A stretch of DNA of 64,000 nucleotides, taken from IMG/VR virus record IMGVR_UViG_3300043397_000067, positions 16,015 to 80,014 of that record; one strand, 5' to 3'. The notes under the pieces were generated by a model, which made no database searches, was not told the origin of the DNA, and was given only the letters and a program-made list of their open reading frames with translations. Origin of the DNA: a virus. The position numbers and the translations under genes were made by a program. Shown one piece after another: positions 19,931 to 30,609 of the stretch (within the stretch, counting starts at the first letter, position 1; every line of letters begins with the position of its first letter).

Positions 19931-20310
19931 GTCTTGGTAACCTCACGGAATACGGATACAGCACCATACATCAATGGTGTAACAACCCCAGCAATTTCCA
20001 TCTCCATATCCCAGTAGTACTGAGAGTCTGCATCAGTTTCTGTCAATCCCGCAGAAAGTGAGGCAGTGTCAGTAGCAGTTATAGAGTAAGAAAACTGTCC
20101 AGCAGCCGAGTTAGTTATCGTGCATGTAAACGGAGCCGCTACAGTAGCTGAGTTAGGCAACCGTCTTACCTGCCCACGGATTGTAGCACCGGCAAGGCTT
20201 ACTGGGGATGTGTCCGGATTAGTCAGTGTGCAGGCCATAGGGCCGAATGTGGCACCCTGACGCACCAGTAGGTTAAGCTCTGCACCCTTGAAACCAATAG
20301 TTACTGCCAT
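19927..20310 (-). CDS. fibre-attachment / baseplate adaptor (BppU-N-like)
   Basis: RQGATF...L.GATIRGQVR...YYWDMEM pattern; lies between the two fibres. Confidence 0.55.
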   Translation of the reverse strand: MAVTIGFKGAELNLLVRQGATFGPMACTLTNPDTSPVSLAGATIRGQVRRLPNSATVAAPFTCTITNSAAGQFSYSITATDTASLSAGLTETDADSQYYWDMEMEIAGVVTPLMYGAVSVFREVTKT

Positions 20311-20311
20311 T

Positions 20312-22084
20312 TTATTTAGCTCCTTCAAGCGCCTCAAGGCGGGCTGTAAGTTCTTGTATAGCTTTTACAAGTACTGGTATGAGGCTACTCTCGTTGTACA
20401 AAAGTTTGTCTGGATTTTCATTATCTATAATAACTGCGTCATCCCCCTCAAGTGCAAGTACTTCCTGAGCCTTAAAGCCGTAGCGCTTGCCGCCTTGTGT
20501 ATCCGTAGTGTCCCTAGATACTCTAAATCTGTAGCTTACAGGGCTAAGAGCTTTAACAAATTCAAGTCCATGCAGCACGGGTTGAAAGTCCGTTTTATCC
20601 CTTTCATCAGAAACTACGGTCCAAGCTACCTGAATATACGCATTAGTTGCCGCAGTGCTACCAAGCACTATACGGTTAGACTCCGTAGTTACGTTAAACA
20701 CCGAGGTGCCCACACCCGAGGAAATCTCAATATTATTAGTACCACTTGTTGCGTTAATGAGGGCTTGGCTACCTATAGCCGTATGAATACCAGATACTAC
20801 GGAGTACAGGGCTTGGTAGCCGACTGCAGTGCAACTATTGGACGAACTAAGGTTTTGACCAGCTTGATAACCTACAGCAGTATTAAAACTGCTGTTAGTA
20901 GCATTAACAAGTGCCCCATAACCTATAGCCGTGTTGCTAGCGCCAACTGTGTTTGTCTGCAGTGCAGAATACCCCAGCGCAGTATTACCGGAACCTGTAG
21001 TAAGTGCAGCCCCCGCCGATTTACCTACTAAAGTACAGGTACTCCCAGAAGTTAGTGCAAGTCCCGAGTTATGGCCGACAAGTGTGTTGTCAGAGCCTGT
21101 GTTTGTCGCTGAACTACCAGCATACGAACCTATAGCAGTATTTCTGGCGCCTGTGGCGTTATATAGAGAACTTACACCAACTGCTACAATGCTACCGTTG
21201 CTATTAGCTACATTTAAAGCATTATAGCCTACAGCGACATTGTAGCCGCTAGCTAAAGAACCGCCGCTTTGGTAACCAACAGCGGTGTTTCCAAGTGCGC
21301 CAGACGTAGTGTACAGGCTACGATAACCTATAGCTACGTTAGCCTGACCAGAAGAGTTGCTAGCTAGGGTAGAGTTACCAACTGCTACGTTCTCTGTACC
21401 AGAAGTGCTAGACTGCATAGCCGAGCTTCCAACTGCTACGTTGTTAGAAGCTGTAGTACTGGCGCTAAGAGCGAAAGAGCCAACAGATACATTGTTGCTA
21501 CCAGTGGTATTGGCAGAGCCGGAGTTACTGCCAGCAAATACGTTACTTCCGCCGGAGCTTATAGAACTACCCGCACTCAGGCCTATAGACGTATTATTAG
21601 TGTTACTATTGTTACCAGAGCCTACAGTAATAGTACCCTTAACCTTGATATCACTATCACACACCATAGTGATACTAGTCGGAGAGATAGTCCAACTATT
21701 AAATGTACCTGACCCACCAGTAAATGTTACGTTTACAATAAGTGTAGTAGATGAGTAAGAAGTTACAACACCTTTCATGTAGTTATTTGCATCAGCAGCA
21801 ATAACTACAGCCATACCAACAGCCCACAACTTGCCTGACTGCGTTGTAAAAGTCTTGGAGCCTGTACCGATGGCAGTGCTAGTAGTGCTGGAGCCGCTGT
21901 ATCCGGGCAAGGCCAGCGCAGCAGCCGCACTGGCGGCAACGTCTGCATTAGTCTGCATGGCAATGGCAGTAGCATTCACCTCGGTCGTAAAGGTGCCAAG
22001 CGCAGCTACCCAAGCGTTAGCCTGCGTGGCAAAGTTTATTGGGTCGTCCCGTGTAGGTGCGGTTGGGAGTGCTGTAATCGTCAT
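20312..22084 (-). CDS. tail fibre with C-terminal peptidase S74 autochaperone
   Basis: NTAVGY beta-helix repeats; SDERDK, GFKAQEV, LVKAIQEL intramolecular chaperone motifs. Confidence 0.85.
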   Translation of the reverse strand: MTITALPTAPTRDDPINFATQANAWVAALGTFTTEVNATAIAMQTNADVAASAAAALALPGYSGSSTTSTAIGTGSKTFTTQSGKLWAVGMAVVIAADANNYMKGVVTSYSSTTLIVNVTFTGGSGTFNSWTISPTSITMVCDSDIKVKGTITVGSGNNSNTNNTSIGLSAGSSISSGGSNVFAGSNSGSANTTGSNNVSVGSFALSASTTASNNVAVGSSAMQSSTSGTENVAVGNSTLASNSSGQANVAIGYRSLYTTSGALGNTAVGYQSGGSLASGYNVAVGYNALNVANSNGSIVAVGVSSLYNATGARNTAIGSYAGSSATNTGSDNTLVGHNSGLALTSGSTCTLVGKSAGAALTTGSGNTALGYSALQTNTVGASNTAIGYGALVNATNSSFNTAVGYQAGQNLSSSNSCTAVGYQALYSVVSGIHTAIGSQALINATSGTNNIEISSGVGTSVFNVTTESNRIVLGSTAATNAYIQVAWTVVSDERDKTDFQPVLHGLEFVKALSPVSYRFRVSRDTTDTQGGKRYGFKAQEVLALEGDDAVIIDNENPDKLLYNESSLIPVLVKAIQELTARLEALEGAK

Positions 22085-22971
22085 GTCAATCCTTCTATCT
22101 CAAGTGTACACATACTAGCAGAGAAATACTGTATGTCCATTGTGAAATCTCTGTAAAATCCAAATACGTTTAGTGACTGGTAGTTACTGTCATCAGTACC
22201 CACCCACATGCAGGGTGTGGCTCTTAAGTCCGCAAGTACGCCGTAGACTCTATCGAAGTCTGTATTAAGCACCCACAGCTTAGTGTTTACTCTACTGCTA
22301 AAGCTACGCTTTACGAACGTAGTAACCCCGAACTCGTCAGTATTCTTTCTTGAGTAGTCGGTTATGCCAAGCGTTGTGCCATACTGAGCGCCGCCAATAC
22401 TGGCTGCATTACCAAAGCTTACATTACCGATGGCCACCACTGCAAGCGGCGCAGCACTTACTTTAATGTCCATACTAGCATTAACATACGAAGGCAAACC
22501 ACCCAGTACAAGTGTATTAACTTGCGTAAAGGGTTCAAAGAAATATAGATACCAGTCTGTAATAACAGCCCGGTCAAGTGTAATGTCACCACTATCGTAA
22601 ACAGTAGGTCCAGCTATTCCGTCTTTAATTACTACCCTTGCCTTAGTACCTGTAAGATTAACCAAAGCAAGTGAATCACAGTTTCCAGTAGCTACCTTAA
22701 ACTCTATGTCACCCAGGTCTTCAGAAGCAGTGCTGACCTGTGGGTCAAATGCTGCCCACTTGTTAGATGGACCAAATACTGACCACTGCGCTGGGCTTAT
22801 ATCGGGCTGATTACCCGTAGTAGATGTTGTAGCAGTATATATGTAGTTACCATACACTACCTTAGTCCCAGTAGTATAGGCAGTCACAGCCGAGTATGTA
22901 GCGTACAGTTCCGTGGTGGAACTGTACTGAATCATACCTGCAACCATTGTTGTGGGTTTTATGACCTTCAT
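22081..22971 (-). CDS. minor tail (distal/tip) protein
   Basis: Immediately downstream of the tape measure; N-terminal CBM-like YTTGTKVVY..W motif. Confidence 0.6.
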   Translation of the reverse strand: MKVIKPTTMVAGMIQYSSTTELYATYSAVTAYTTGTKVVYGNYIYTATTSTTGNQPDISPAQWSVFGPSNKWAAFDPQVSTASEDLGDIEFKVATGNCDSLALVNLTGTKARVVIKDGIAGPTVYDSGDITLDRAVITDWYLYFFEPFTQVNTLVLGGLPSYVNASMDIKVSAAPLAVVAIGNVSFGNAASIGGAQYGTTLGITDYSRKNTDEFGVTTFVKRSFSSRVNTKLWVLNTDFDRVYGVLADLRATPCMWVGTDDSNYQSLNVFGFYRDFTMDIQYFSASMCTLEIEGLT

Positions 22972-25900
22972 ACTGCGTGTGTAGTTATGGGTGTATCTGC
23001 ATCATTACGTATCAGCAGACCGCGACCATCCCAGTCATTTTGGAGCTTCGCCATTTTAGCCGTGTGCGTAGCCGTTGCGCGGGTTTCATACCGCAGCAAG
23101 TCAATTTGGGCTATCAATTCCTTGATAAGTCCTGACACATTGCCGTCATCGGAGCCGCCAAGCATTGACTTGGTTTGCGACGCATTGTAGTACATTGCTG
23201 GCCCGGTAGCCTCAATCTCTGGCCCATCTTCACCAACAAGTCTATAACCACCTCTATGATAGCCCCCAGACGCAAAGGCTGGTATAGTCAAGGTGGGGTC
23301 TACAGCTTTAGCTGCAAACATAGCTTTATTAGCCAGCACGGAAACAGAAGCTAACCACTGTTCACGGGTAGCACTATTTTCTTTCAGTGCGGTGCTTATA
23401 TCTGGCAGAGCGTCTGCAAGCTTTGTCAGGTATTCAGCTTGTGTAGTTCCAGACGTAGACAAAGCAAGTGTATAGTTCTTATCGAACTGCCCTATTTGCT
23501 GCTGCAGCGTCAGCGCTGGAGAAGCGTCCTTCATGACTTTTTCAGCAGCCTGCATCAAGCTATCTGCACTAGATACTGCAGCACTGGTCATGTCGATGAA
23601 AGCAGAGCTAAGCTTGAGCAAACCACCATATACTGCTTGACCACTTTCAGTGGTAAGGTCCTGAGCCTCTACAAGCTGGCGGAATGCTTGCCGAGTCATT
23701 GGAACTGTACTGATACCCAACTTAGACAGCTCGGACGTAAATACGCTAAGCTTAGAGCTAGACTTATCAGTGTTGCTGTAGAATGCGTCAAAGTAGCCTC
23801 GTACTGCAGACTCAAACTCAGATTGAGAGCCTACTGCGTTGATTATGTTTTGAGCATACTGCGCACTCTGCATAGATGCAGAGTACGTAGCCTTACCAAG
23901 CAGTAGCATAGCTGAGTTAACGCTATTCAGGCCGCCAGACAGCCGCGACAAAGTAGCAGAAGCAGTTTCACCTATCTGTGAGTACTCAGTAGTCCCAAGT
24001 ATAAGCTGGGCCATAGCTTCTCCAGCACCCTCAAACGCAGACTTAATCTGAGCGTTTATCTGGTCACCATTAAGGCCGTCTGTTGCAAAAGCAAAGCTAT
24101 GTGTGAAATTAACCAAGGCTTCTGCTGATGCACCAAGTGTAGTAGCCTGCAAAGCCGCCTGAGTCTTAACCAGTTGGAACTGGTTAGACAGCTGCTTTAC
24201 TATACGTGGGTCAAGAGCGGAAGTGTCTCTCCCGCCTGAGCTAAACCAGCCACCCTCATAGTCTGTATAGCTATAGCCTGAGAAACCGTCACCAGCGCCA
24301 AAGGTTCCGGCGATACCACTACCGTCGTATTTTTTGCCAAATGCACGGTTAAATAGGCCAGAAGCAATACCACCGATAGGCCCGAACCACAGGGATACAG
24401 CAGTCCCAATAGCATCAGCAAAGTTACTGACCTTAAAGCCGCCGCTTATTGCATTTTTAAGTGATACACCTGCAGCAGCGCCGCCTACAGCACCGAGTAC
24501 TTGACCAAGCTGGGCACCTACCCCGGTTAGTTGGTAAGCGTTACCATCATAGTAGCTTACTCCAAGCTTTTCGCCCATGGAGTTACCGGCAAGCTTAGTG
24601 AAACCATTAGCAATACTTGTAGACACGCCACTATTAAGAGCATCAAACACGCTCTTACCTGCGGACAGGGCGCTAAACGCGCTGCCCTTGCCAGTGCCCG
24701 CTCCTTGGGCCGCAGCAGCCGCGCCAGTGGGGTTCAGGGCCGTCGCAATGGTAGCGGCAAGGTCATTGATGATCGGGTCAAGGAAAAGGCGCAGCGGGGC
24801 CATCAGCGCCCGTTGAATCTGGTCACGCAGTTTCTTACCGGACTTGTCTCCTACACCGATGATAGCGTCGAACAGTGAGTCAGCTATGTCTTTAGAGGTA
24901 GTCTTCCAAGACGTAGCAAGTTTCTGACGCTCAGCCTCAAGCTGGTCAGAGTCAAACTTAGCACCGGCAGTGCTGCCTGCCTTAGAGATATATGTAGCTT
25001 CATCCTTTGATAGCTTAGCAATTTCAGCTCTAAGCCTCTCAATCTCAAGGCCCTTACGTCTGTACATCTCAATGTACTCTGGGTTTCCACCACTAGAAGT
25101 GGCCAACTCATCGTACTTTGCCTGCTCAGCTGTAAGTTCAGTGATCTTAGTAGTAGTAGAAGCAATTCTATCAGAGAAATCCTCTTGTACTTTCATCTGA
25201 GCTTCAACTATAGCTACTGCTCTAGGTCCTTGCTTCTCCGCAGCAGCCCTTGCAGCCTCCACAGCCGAAGCTTTATTGACGCGCTTACTGTAACTCTGCA
25301 TCCACTCCTCATTAGCCTTAACCATACGGTTAATCTCACCAGTGGCTTCGTAGGTTTCATTAGCAAGCCTCTTCGTCTCGTCAGACTGACGGGCAATGCT
25401 ATCATCAATAATCTTACTAGCAGAGCTGTCGTATGCTTCCCCAAGCGCTGTCAAGCGTTCATTTAGATTGCTTTTCTTCTTTGGGTCTTTCTCTTTATCG
25501 TACTGGTCCCCAATAGCTTTATAAACGCTAGTGTACTCCTTATACAACTTATTAAGGCTGTCAGTCTCTATTTTGTCAGCTTCGTCATTAAAACGCTTGA
25601 TAGTAGCCGTTCTCTTAACATAAAACTCAACGTCGCTGAGTTCTTTAGCTTTATGAGCATAGCCGAGCATATCAAGCTCGTCTTGCATGAGCTTTCTTTG
25701 TAGGCCAAGGTCTCTACTATAGGCAGCGTTTATCTTACCAGAGTTATCATAAATCCGACCCATGTCTTCATCAGTAGAAAGCATACCAGTACCAGCTTCA
25801 CGCTTGTTCCTAGCCTTTCTGGAAGCTTCAGACTGTATTTCATCCAACTTAGAAAGAGACTTTATACGCCCCGCATCGGCCAGCAGGGCGTTTACTTGAC

Positions 25901-28900
25901 TCTCAGTTTCAGCCTTATACTTATCCAGTTCGTCCTTAGCCGTCTTAGCTAAACCCTCATTTACTCTATTATAGGCAGGACTTTGATTGTTTTTTGCAAG
26001 CTTAGCTTTAAACTCTGCGTCTTTCCTAAGCTCATCTTCTACAGGCTGGCGCTTAGAGCGAAGTTCCTCAGCAGCCATGCGAACCTGTGCATTAGTTGCT
26101 TTATCAATCTCGCTAGCATAAAGGCTCCAAGCGTTAGTCTTGGCTTCTAGTCTCTCTATCTCTTTCTTAAAAGACTCGCTGGTATTCTTAAAGAACTCAT
26201 CAGAGTTTTCTCTAGCCTTATCTAGTCCACTCTTTGCTTTATCTCCGAATAAAGTATAAGCAGTACCAGCTATTGTGAGTAGTACCCCAAGTGGGCCAAG
26301 TACTCCGAGTACCCGTGACAAAGCCGTCATGCCAAATGTGGCAGTAGCAGCGCTGGCTCCAAGTGTCTTAAGGCCTCCAGACAGGCCTTCGGCTACTACA
26401 GTTGTAGCCGCCATAGTGATACCCTTAGCTTTAATAGCATTAGCAAGCAGTGTAACCTGCGTAACCAAAGCCATTAACCCACCAGTAGCTACTAGCCCTA
26501 GCATCACCATCTTATAAGCAAGATAAGCCTTACCCAAACCTACAATAAGCTCGATATGGTCAGCAAGGACCTGACCAGCTCTGGTAACAACGTCTATAAG
26601 CTCGGTAACAGCACCCACAAAACGATCAGAAGACAGTATATCTCCAAGGGTACGCATAAGCTTAGTAGCAGCGCCTTCTGATGCACTAAAAGCTTTTACC
26701 AAGGAACGCTCTATATCCGCAGCCGTATCCTTAAATACGTAACCAAAAGCCTGCCGCTTTCCTATATCAGCAAGTACAGTAAACCCAGCTGCGTTATTAA
26801 TTGCATCAGCAATCTTAGCAAACTCAGTTTGTACATCTTTGCCAGCAGCTGCAGCATTTTGAGCAAAAGCTATAAGATCAGCACTCATAGACTTAAGGCC
26901 ACGCTCATTGCCAAGTCGCTGCAGCAACTCAATTTGCTGGTCAAACCTAAGACCAGATAGCTTAGTCGTAAGCTGTCCAAGAATATCTGGCAAACCCTTC
27001 ATCTTATTATTCTGTAGGTCCCATACCTGAATACCAAACTCTTGAAGTGTTTTCTTACCCTTGGCAGTAGCTCCTGTCAATTCGACGTACATCTGCCGCA
27101 CAGCAGTACCGGCAGCACTTCCGGTAATACCAATATTAGCAAGTAGTGCCAGAGATGTAGCAACATCCCTAATATCTACACCGTAGGTCTGGGCAATTAC
27201 TGACGAGGCCTTGAATGCCTCCGTCATGTTCTCAATACTAGCCATAGAGCTAGCAGCAGCAGCGCCAATAACGTCGGCTACAACACCAAACTCTTTAGCC
27301 TTATATCCGAATGCACTACCAATAGCGACTAATGATTCTGCACTCTTTTCTATGTTTACGTTACCAACATTAGAGAATGCACGAACTGTACTGAGAGCAT
27401 CAAGCTGCTCCTTAGCATCCAAGCCTGCCAAAGCAAGTGAGCGCATACCCTTGGCCATCTCAAGTGGTCCAGCGGCACCATTAGCAGAGTCTACAGCAGC
27501 CGCTTTTAGCTTGGTCATGTCCTCCGCAGCAGTCCCTGCTACGTACTGTATGTCAGCGAATACAAGGCTCAGCTCCTTGCCTGCTTGGTAGGACTTGGCA
27601 ATGCCGAAAGACAGGGCAGAACCAGCCAGCAGGGGGGCCATCTGACCCCAAGTGAGCCACAGCAAGCCAAAGCCCGACGCAAGGCCACGGGCCGCGCTAT
27701 GGGCTGTATTCATGTCGCCACCGAGTGACTTGAGGGCGTTGCTCAGGCTGAATAGTTTAGGTGTAACATCACCTGTGTTCTTTCCAAGAGTAGCCATAGC
27801 GCCAGCGAGTCGCTCTGTAGCCCCTGACTTAACGGCTTCCACCATGTCAGACCCAAACTTACCTACTGCTGCAGACTCTCCACCACGAACTCCAAGCATA
27901 CCCTGAGCAGATACCATCTTGCTAAGCAAAGCCTTAGCACCAGTAGTTTCGCCAGCTTTGATAGCTTGGTCTACAAGCGCTTGTTGATGTCTGTAGTTAG
28001 CATTAAGCTCTCCCTGACGGTAAGACTCGTTTGCTGCCTTTTGTGCATTTCTGTACTGAGCTTTAGCTAGGGCTGCTGCATCATCCAGCCTTTTTTCGTG
28101 CTCCAAAATTTCTTTAGCAGCGGAAGCATCTAAAGCAATATTATCTGCCTTAGTTTTATCCCTACGAGCTTTATCCCTAGCGTCTAGGTCAGCAAGTCCG
28201 CTAGACGCCCTTGCTTTTGTAGCTGCCTCTAATCTTGCAAGCTCCTCCATACCAGCAGAACCCGGCTTAGAAACTTTAACGTAGTTAGAAGCCTGTTGTA
28301 GCTCTCTACCGCGAGCTGCTATGTTGTCAGAAATACCAGACGCAAGTGTTTTAGACTCTTGGTTAGCCTCCCTAAGTGCATCTCTATATTCTCTGGCAGC
28401 TTTTACTGTAGCCTCTGCTATGAGTTTACGATTAACAGTATTCTGGTCCACAGCGTTTACTGAACCAGAGAGTTTTTCTACAGCCCCAGCTTTAACTGCT
28501 TCGACCATATCAGAGCCAAACTTCTTAGCAGCCGTTGACTCCCCTCCAGCTACGCCTAGCATACCCTGAGCGGATACCATTCTACCAAGCAGCGTTCTAG
28601 CGCCCGTGGTCTTACCCGCCTCTATAGCCTGATTTACTAGCGCCTGTTGGTGGGCAAAACTAGCATTAAGTTCCCCTTGGCGGTATAGTTCATTAGCTAC
28701 TTTTTGTGAATTTCTAAACTTAGACTTAGCTATAGCTAATGAGTCATCTAAAGCTCTCTCCTGCCCTTGTATCTGCATAGCAGCAGAAGCATCTAGTGCT
28801 TTACTTACTCTCTTATCTTCCTCCCTGCGAGCCTTTTCTTTATTACTCTGCCACGAGTTGAGGTTGTTAGTAGCATACTTAACACTCTCTGCATACTTAG

Positions 28901-29663
28901 CCTCCTCTGCAGCAGCAGCCGCATAAGTACTAGCTATCTCTGCCCGCTTTTGCTTATTTCTTTGCTTATCAATAAGGTCCCAAGCAGCCTCACGAGAGGC
29001 AGCAGCTTTATTAAGCTCTGCTTGTTCAGCAAGTAGAGCTTTAGAGGCTACTCCAGCCTCTTTCAAAGCGTCTCTGTAATCTCTAGCAGCCTTCACAGTA
29101 GCCTCTGCAATCAGCTTACGATCTACACCAAGCTCAGTACTGGCCCCAGCCACTGTCTCAGAAAGGTTTCCTTTCTTATCTCGTGGAAAACTTACGCGGC
29201 TAAATACGCCACCAGACAGCAGCGACTCGCCGTAGGAAGCAAGTGCTTGTGATCTTATACTTTTGTAAGAAGCTTCTTTTGCTCTGTCGTACTCATACTG
29301 TAGAGTTAGCTTAGCAGTACCCAAAGATTCTCTAAGAGTAGCAGTTATTTTCGCTATAGAGTTAGTAAGAGCGCCATTGGCCGAGCTACCTACATTCTCA
29401 ATAAGCTTTGGATAACTACTTAATGCCTTAGCTACCTCCTGCATTGCAGAAGTACTATCCTTAGCTAAGCCCTGCAGCATAGTCTTAGCATCCCCAGTTC
29501 TCTTCTGGGAGGCCTCTATAAAAGCATCTAATTGGGCTTTTGCGGTATTTAGTTTTGCCCTGTTAAGCGCGCCTAAGCTAGCCGTCAACTCGTCTAAAGC
29601 TTTTGTAGCCTTATTCGTCTCGTTGATAGTCTGCGTAAAGCTTAACTGTAGATCGTCGCTCAT
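22968..29663 (-). CDS. tail tape measure protein
   Basis: 2231 aa, Ala-rich helical; TP901-type core (LALLANIGITGSAAGT); C-terminal FASGG...VGEDGPE; follows the chaperone frameshift pair. Confidence 0.92.
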   Translation of the reverse strand: MSDDLQLSFTQTINETNKATKALDELTASLGALNRAKLNTAKAQLDAFIEASQKRTGDAKTMLQGLAKDSTSAMQEVAKALSSYPKLIENVGSSANGALTNSIAKITATLRESLGTAKLTLQYEYDRAKEASYKSIRSQALASYGESLLSGGVFSRVSFPRDKKGNLSETVAGASTELGVDRKLIAEATVKAARDYRDALKEAGVASKALLAEQAELNKAAASREAAWDLIDKQRNKQKRAEIASTYAAAAAEEAKYAESVKYATNNLNSWQSNKEKARREEDKRVSKALDASAAMQIQGQERALDDSLAIAKSKFRNSQKVANELYRQGELNASFAHQQALVNQAIEAGKTTGARTLLGRMVSAQGMLGVAGGESTAAKKFGSDMVEAVKAGAVEKLSGSVNAVDQNTVNRKLIAEATVKAAREYRDALREANQESKTLASGISDNIAARGRELQQASNYVKVSKPGSAGMEELARLEAATKARASSGLADLDARDKARRDKTKADNIALDASAAKEILEHEKRLDDAAALAKAQYRNAQKAANESYRQGELNANYRHQQALVDQAIKAGETTGAKALLSKMVSAQGMLGVRGGESAAVGKFGSDMVEAVKSGATERLAGAMATLGKNTGDVTPKLFSLSNALKSLGGDMNTAHSAARGLASGFGLLWLTWGQMAPLLAGSALSFGIAKSYQAGKELSLVFADIQYVAGTAAEDMTKLKAAAVDSANGAAGPLEMAKGMRSLALAGLDAKEQLDALSTVRAFSNVGNVNIEKSAESLVAIGSAFGYKAKEFGVVADVIGAAAASSMASIENMTEAFKASSVIAQTYGVDIRDVATSLALLANIGITGSAAGTAVRQMYVELTGATAKGKKTLQEFGIQVWDLQNNKMKGLPDILGQLTTKLSGLRFDQQIELLQRLGNERGLKSMSADLIAFAQNAAAAGKDVQTEFAKIADAINNAAGFTVLADIGKRQAFGYVFKDTAADIERSLVKAFSASEGAATKLMRTLGDILSSDRFVGAVTELIDVVTRAGQVLADHIELIVGLGKAYLAYKMVMLGLVATGGLMALVTQVTLLANAIKAKGITMAATTVVAEGLSGGLKTLGASAATATFGMTALSRVLGVLGPLGVLLTIAGTAYTLFGDKAKSGLDKARENSDEFFKNTSESFKKEIERLEAKTNAWSLYASEIDKATNAQVRMAAEELRSKRQPVEDELRKDAEFKAKLAKNNQSPAYNRVNEGLAKTAKDELDKYKAETESQVNALLADAGRIKSLSKLDEIQSEASRKARNKREAGTGMLSTDEDMGRIYDNSGKINAAYSRDLGLQRKLMQDELDMLGYAHKAKELSDVEFYVKRTATIKRFNDEADKIETDSLNKLYKEYTSVYKAIGDQYDKEKDPKKKSNLNERLTALGEAYDSSASKIIDDSIARQSDETKRLANETYEATGEINRMVKANEEWMQSYSKRVNKASAVEAARAAAEKQGPRAVAIVEAQMKVQEDFSDRIASTTTKITELTAEQAKYDELATSSGGNPEYIEMYRRKGLEIERLRAEIAKLSKDEATYISKAGSTAGAKFDSDQLEAERQKLATSWKTTSKDIADSLFDAIIGVGDKSGKKLRDQIQRALMAPLRLFLDPIINDLAATIATALNPTGAAAAAQGAGTGKGSAFSALSAGKSVFDALNSGVSTSIANGFTKLAGNSMGEKLGVSYYDGNAYQLTGVGAQLGQVLGAVGGAAAGVSLKNAISGGFKVSNFADAIGTAVSLWFGPIGGIASGLFNRAFGKKYDGSGIAGTFGAGDGFSGYSYTDYEGGWFSSGGRDTSALDPRIVKQLSNQFQLVKTQAALQATTLGASAEALVNFTHSFAFATDGLNGDQINAQIKSAFEGAGEAMAQLILGTTEYSQIGETASATLSRLSGGLNSVNSAMLLLGKATYSASMQSAQYAQNIINAVGSQSEFESAVRGYFDAFYSNTDKSSSKLSVFTSELSKLGISTVPMTRQAFRQLVEAQDLTTESGQAVYGGLLKLSSAFIDMTSAAVSSADSLMQAAEKVMKDASPALTLQQQIGQFDKNYTLALSTSGTTQAEYLTKLADALPDISTALKENSATREQWLASVSVLANKAMFAAKAVDPTLTIPAFASGGYHRGGYRLVGEDGPEIEATGPAMYYNASQTKSMLGGSDDGNVSGLIKELIAQIDLLRYETRATATHTAKMAKLQNDWDGRGLLIRNDADTPITTHAV

Positions 29664-29718
29664 GGGTACTCCGGTAAAATCGCGTAGCGATTTTATCCCG
29701 GCCCATAAGAAAAAGACC

Positions 29719-30084
29719 TCACGCGGAGGTCTTTTTCTTGCTGTCTTCTTGGAGTTTCCTATTCTTGGAGTACTCAGATAGCCATATCATGTCTATTCTG
29801 TGTAACTCTTCCCATAAGTCTCCAATGTCTTCTTTAGTGAAGCCTTGCGCTATACACCAAAGAAATATCTCACTAAATGGTATCTCAGCAGGACCACCCA
29901 TTGTGTAGTTTCTGCTGCCACTAAGCTCCTGCCAGATTTTATGGTAATACCGTAGATACTTTGGTATCTCCGGTATATTCCTTAAGCCATCTGGCGTATG
30001 TCCAAGTTGCTCTTGTATCTCAAGCAGGTCATTAAGTCTTTCTCCATACTTAAATTGCCACTCGAAATACAAACTTAGTTTTTT
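29719..30084 (-). CDS. tail assembly chaperone, -1 frameshift extension (gpT-like)
   Basis: -1 frame relative to the upstream chaperone, entered at A AAA AAC; W.ELSGSR...IPFSEI motif. Confidence 0.75.
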   Translation of the reverse strand, partial: KKLSLYFEWQFKYGERLNDLLEIQEQLGHTPDGLRNIPEIPKYLRYYHKIWQELSGSRNYTMGGPAEIPFSEIFLWCIAQGFTKEDIGDLWEELHRIDMIWLSEYSKNRKLQEDSKKKTSA

Positions 30085-30479
30085 TCGTCTTCTTCGTCTT
30101 TAACAGCTTTGAAGGTGTTCATGTCATCTGCAACGGATGACACAGCAGCGCGGAACTCCTCGTGAGCAAGTAGTTCCTTAACAAGGTCCTCGCTGTAGGT
30201 GAACTGCTTACCCTTGTAGGTAATCTCGCCTTCAAAGCCCAGCAAAATAGTCTTTGCCATAACATTGATGACAATCTCCTTTGCCTTGGCGTCCGCAGCA
30301 TCGCCCTTGCTGTCCAGCACGGCGCGGTTTTGCTTTGCCAGCTTGTTCATCAGCTTAGCGTAGTTCTTGTTGCCTGCACGAGCGATCAGCCACTTCGTAT
30401 CGCCTGCGCCGGGAATCTGCGTCAGCGTACCTTTTTCTTGAGCTTCGGTATCGACTGCAAAAGCGTTAAACAAGTCCAT
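30075..30479 (-). CDS. tail assembly chaperone (gpG-like)
   Basis: Between tail tube and tape measure; ends E-K-N-stop on a slippery heptamer. Confidence 0.8.
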   Translation of the reverse strand: MDLFNAFAVDTEAQEKGTLTQIPGAGDTKWLIARAGNKNYAKLMNKLAKQNRAVLDSKGDAADAKAKEIVINVMAKTILLGFEGEITYKGKQFTYSEDLVKELLAHEEFRAAVSSVADDMNTFKAVKDEEDEKN

Positions 30480-30524
30480 TTGGTGTTCCTTAAAGTTGGT
30501 TGGTTGGAGGTCGTAATATAAACG

Positions 30525-30554
30525 AAAAAAGCCCGGTGGAGCTAACCACCGGGC
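30525..30554 (-). terminator. Rho-independent terminator after major tail gene
   Basis: Minus strand GCCCGGTGG-TTAGCT-CCACCGGGC-TTTTTT. Confidence 0.75.
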
Positions 30555-30609
30555 AAATTTCACTTTCCCCAACCAACTGGTTGAGTAGTAGGGCTATACC
30601 ATACTACTA

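Noticed and set aside
16754-22084. Diversity-generating retroelement or invertible fibre cassette
   Set aside because: No reverse transcriptase, invertase or adenine-variable TR/VR pair seen.
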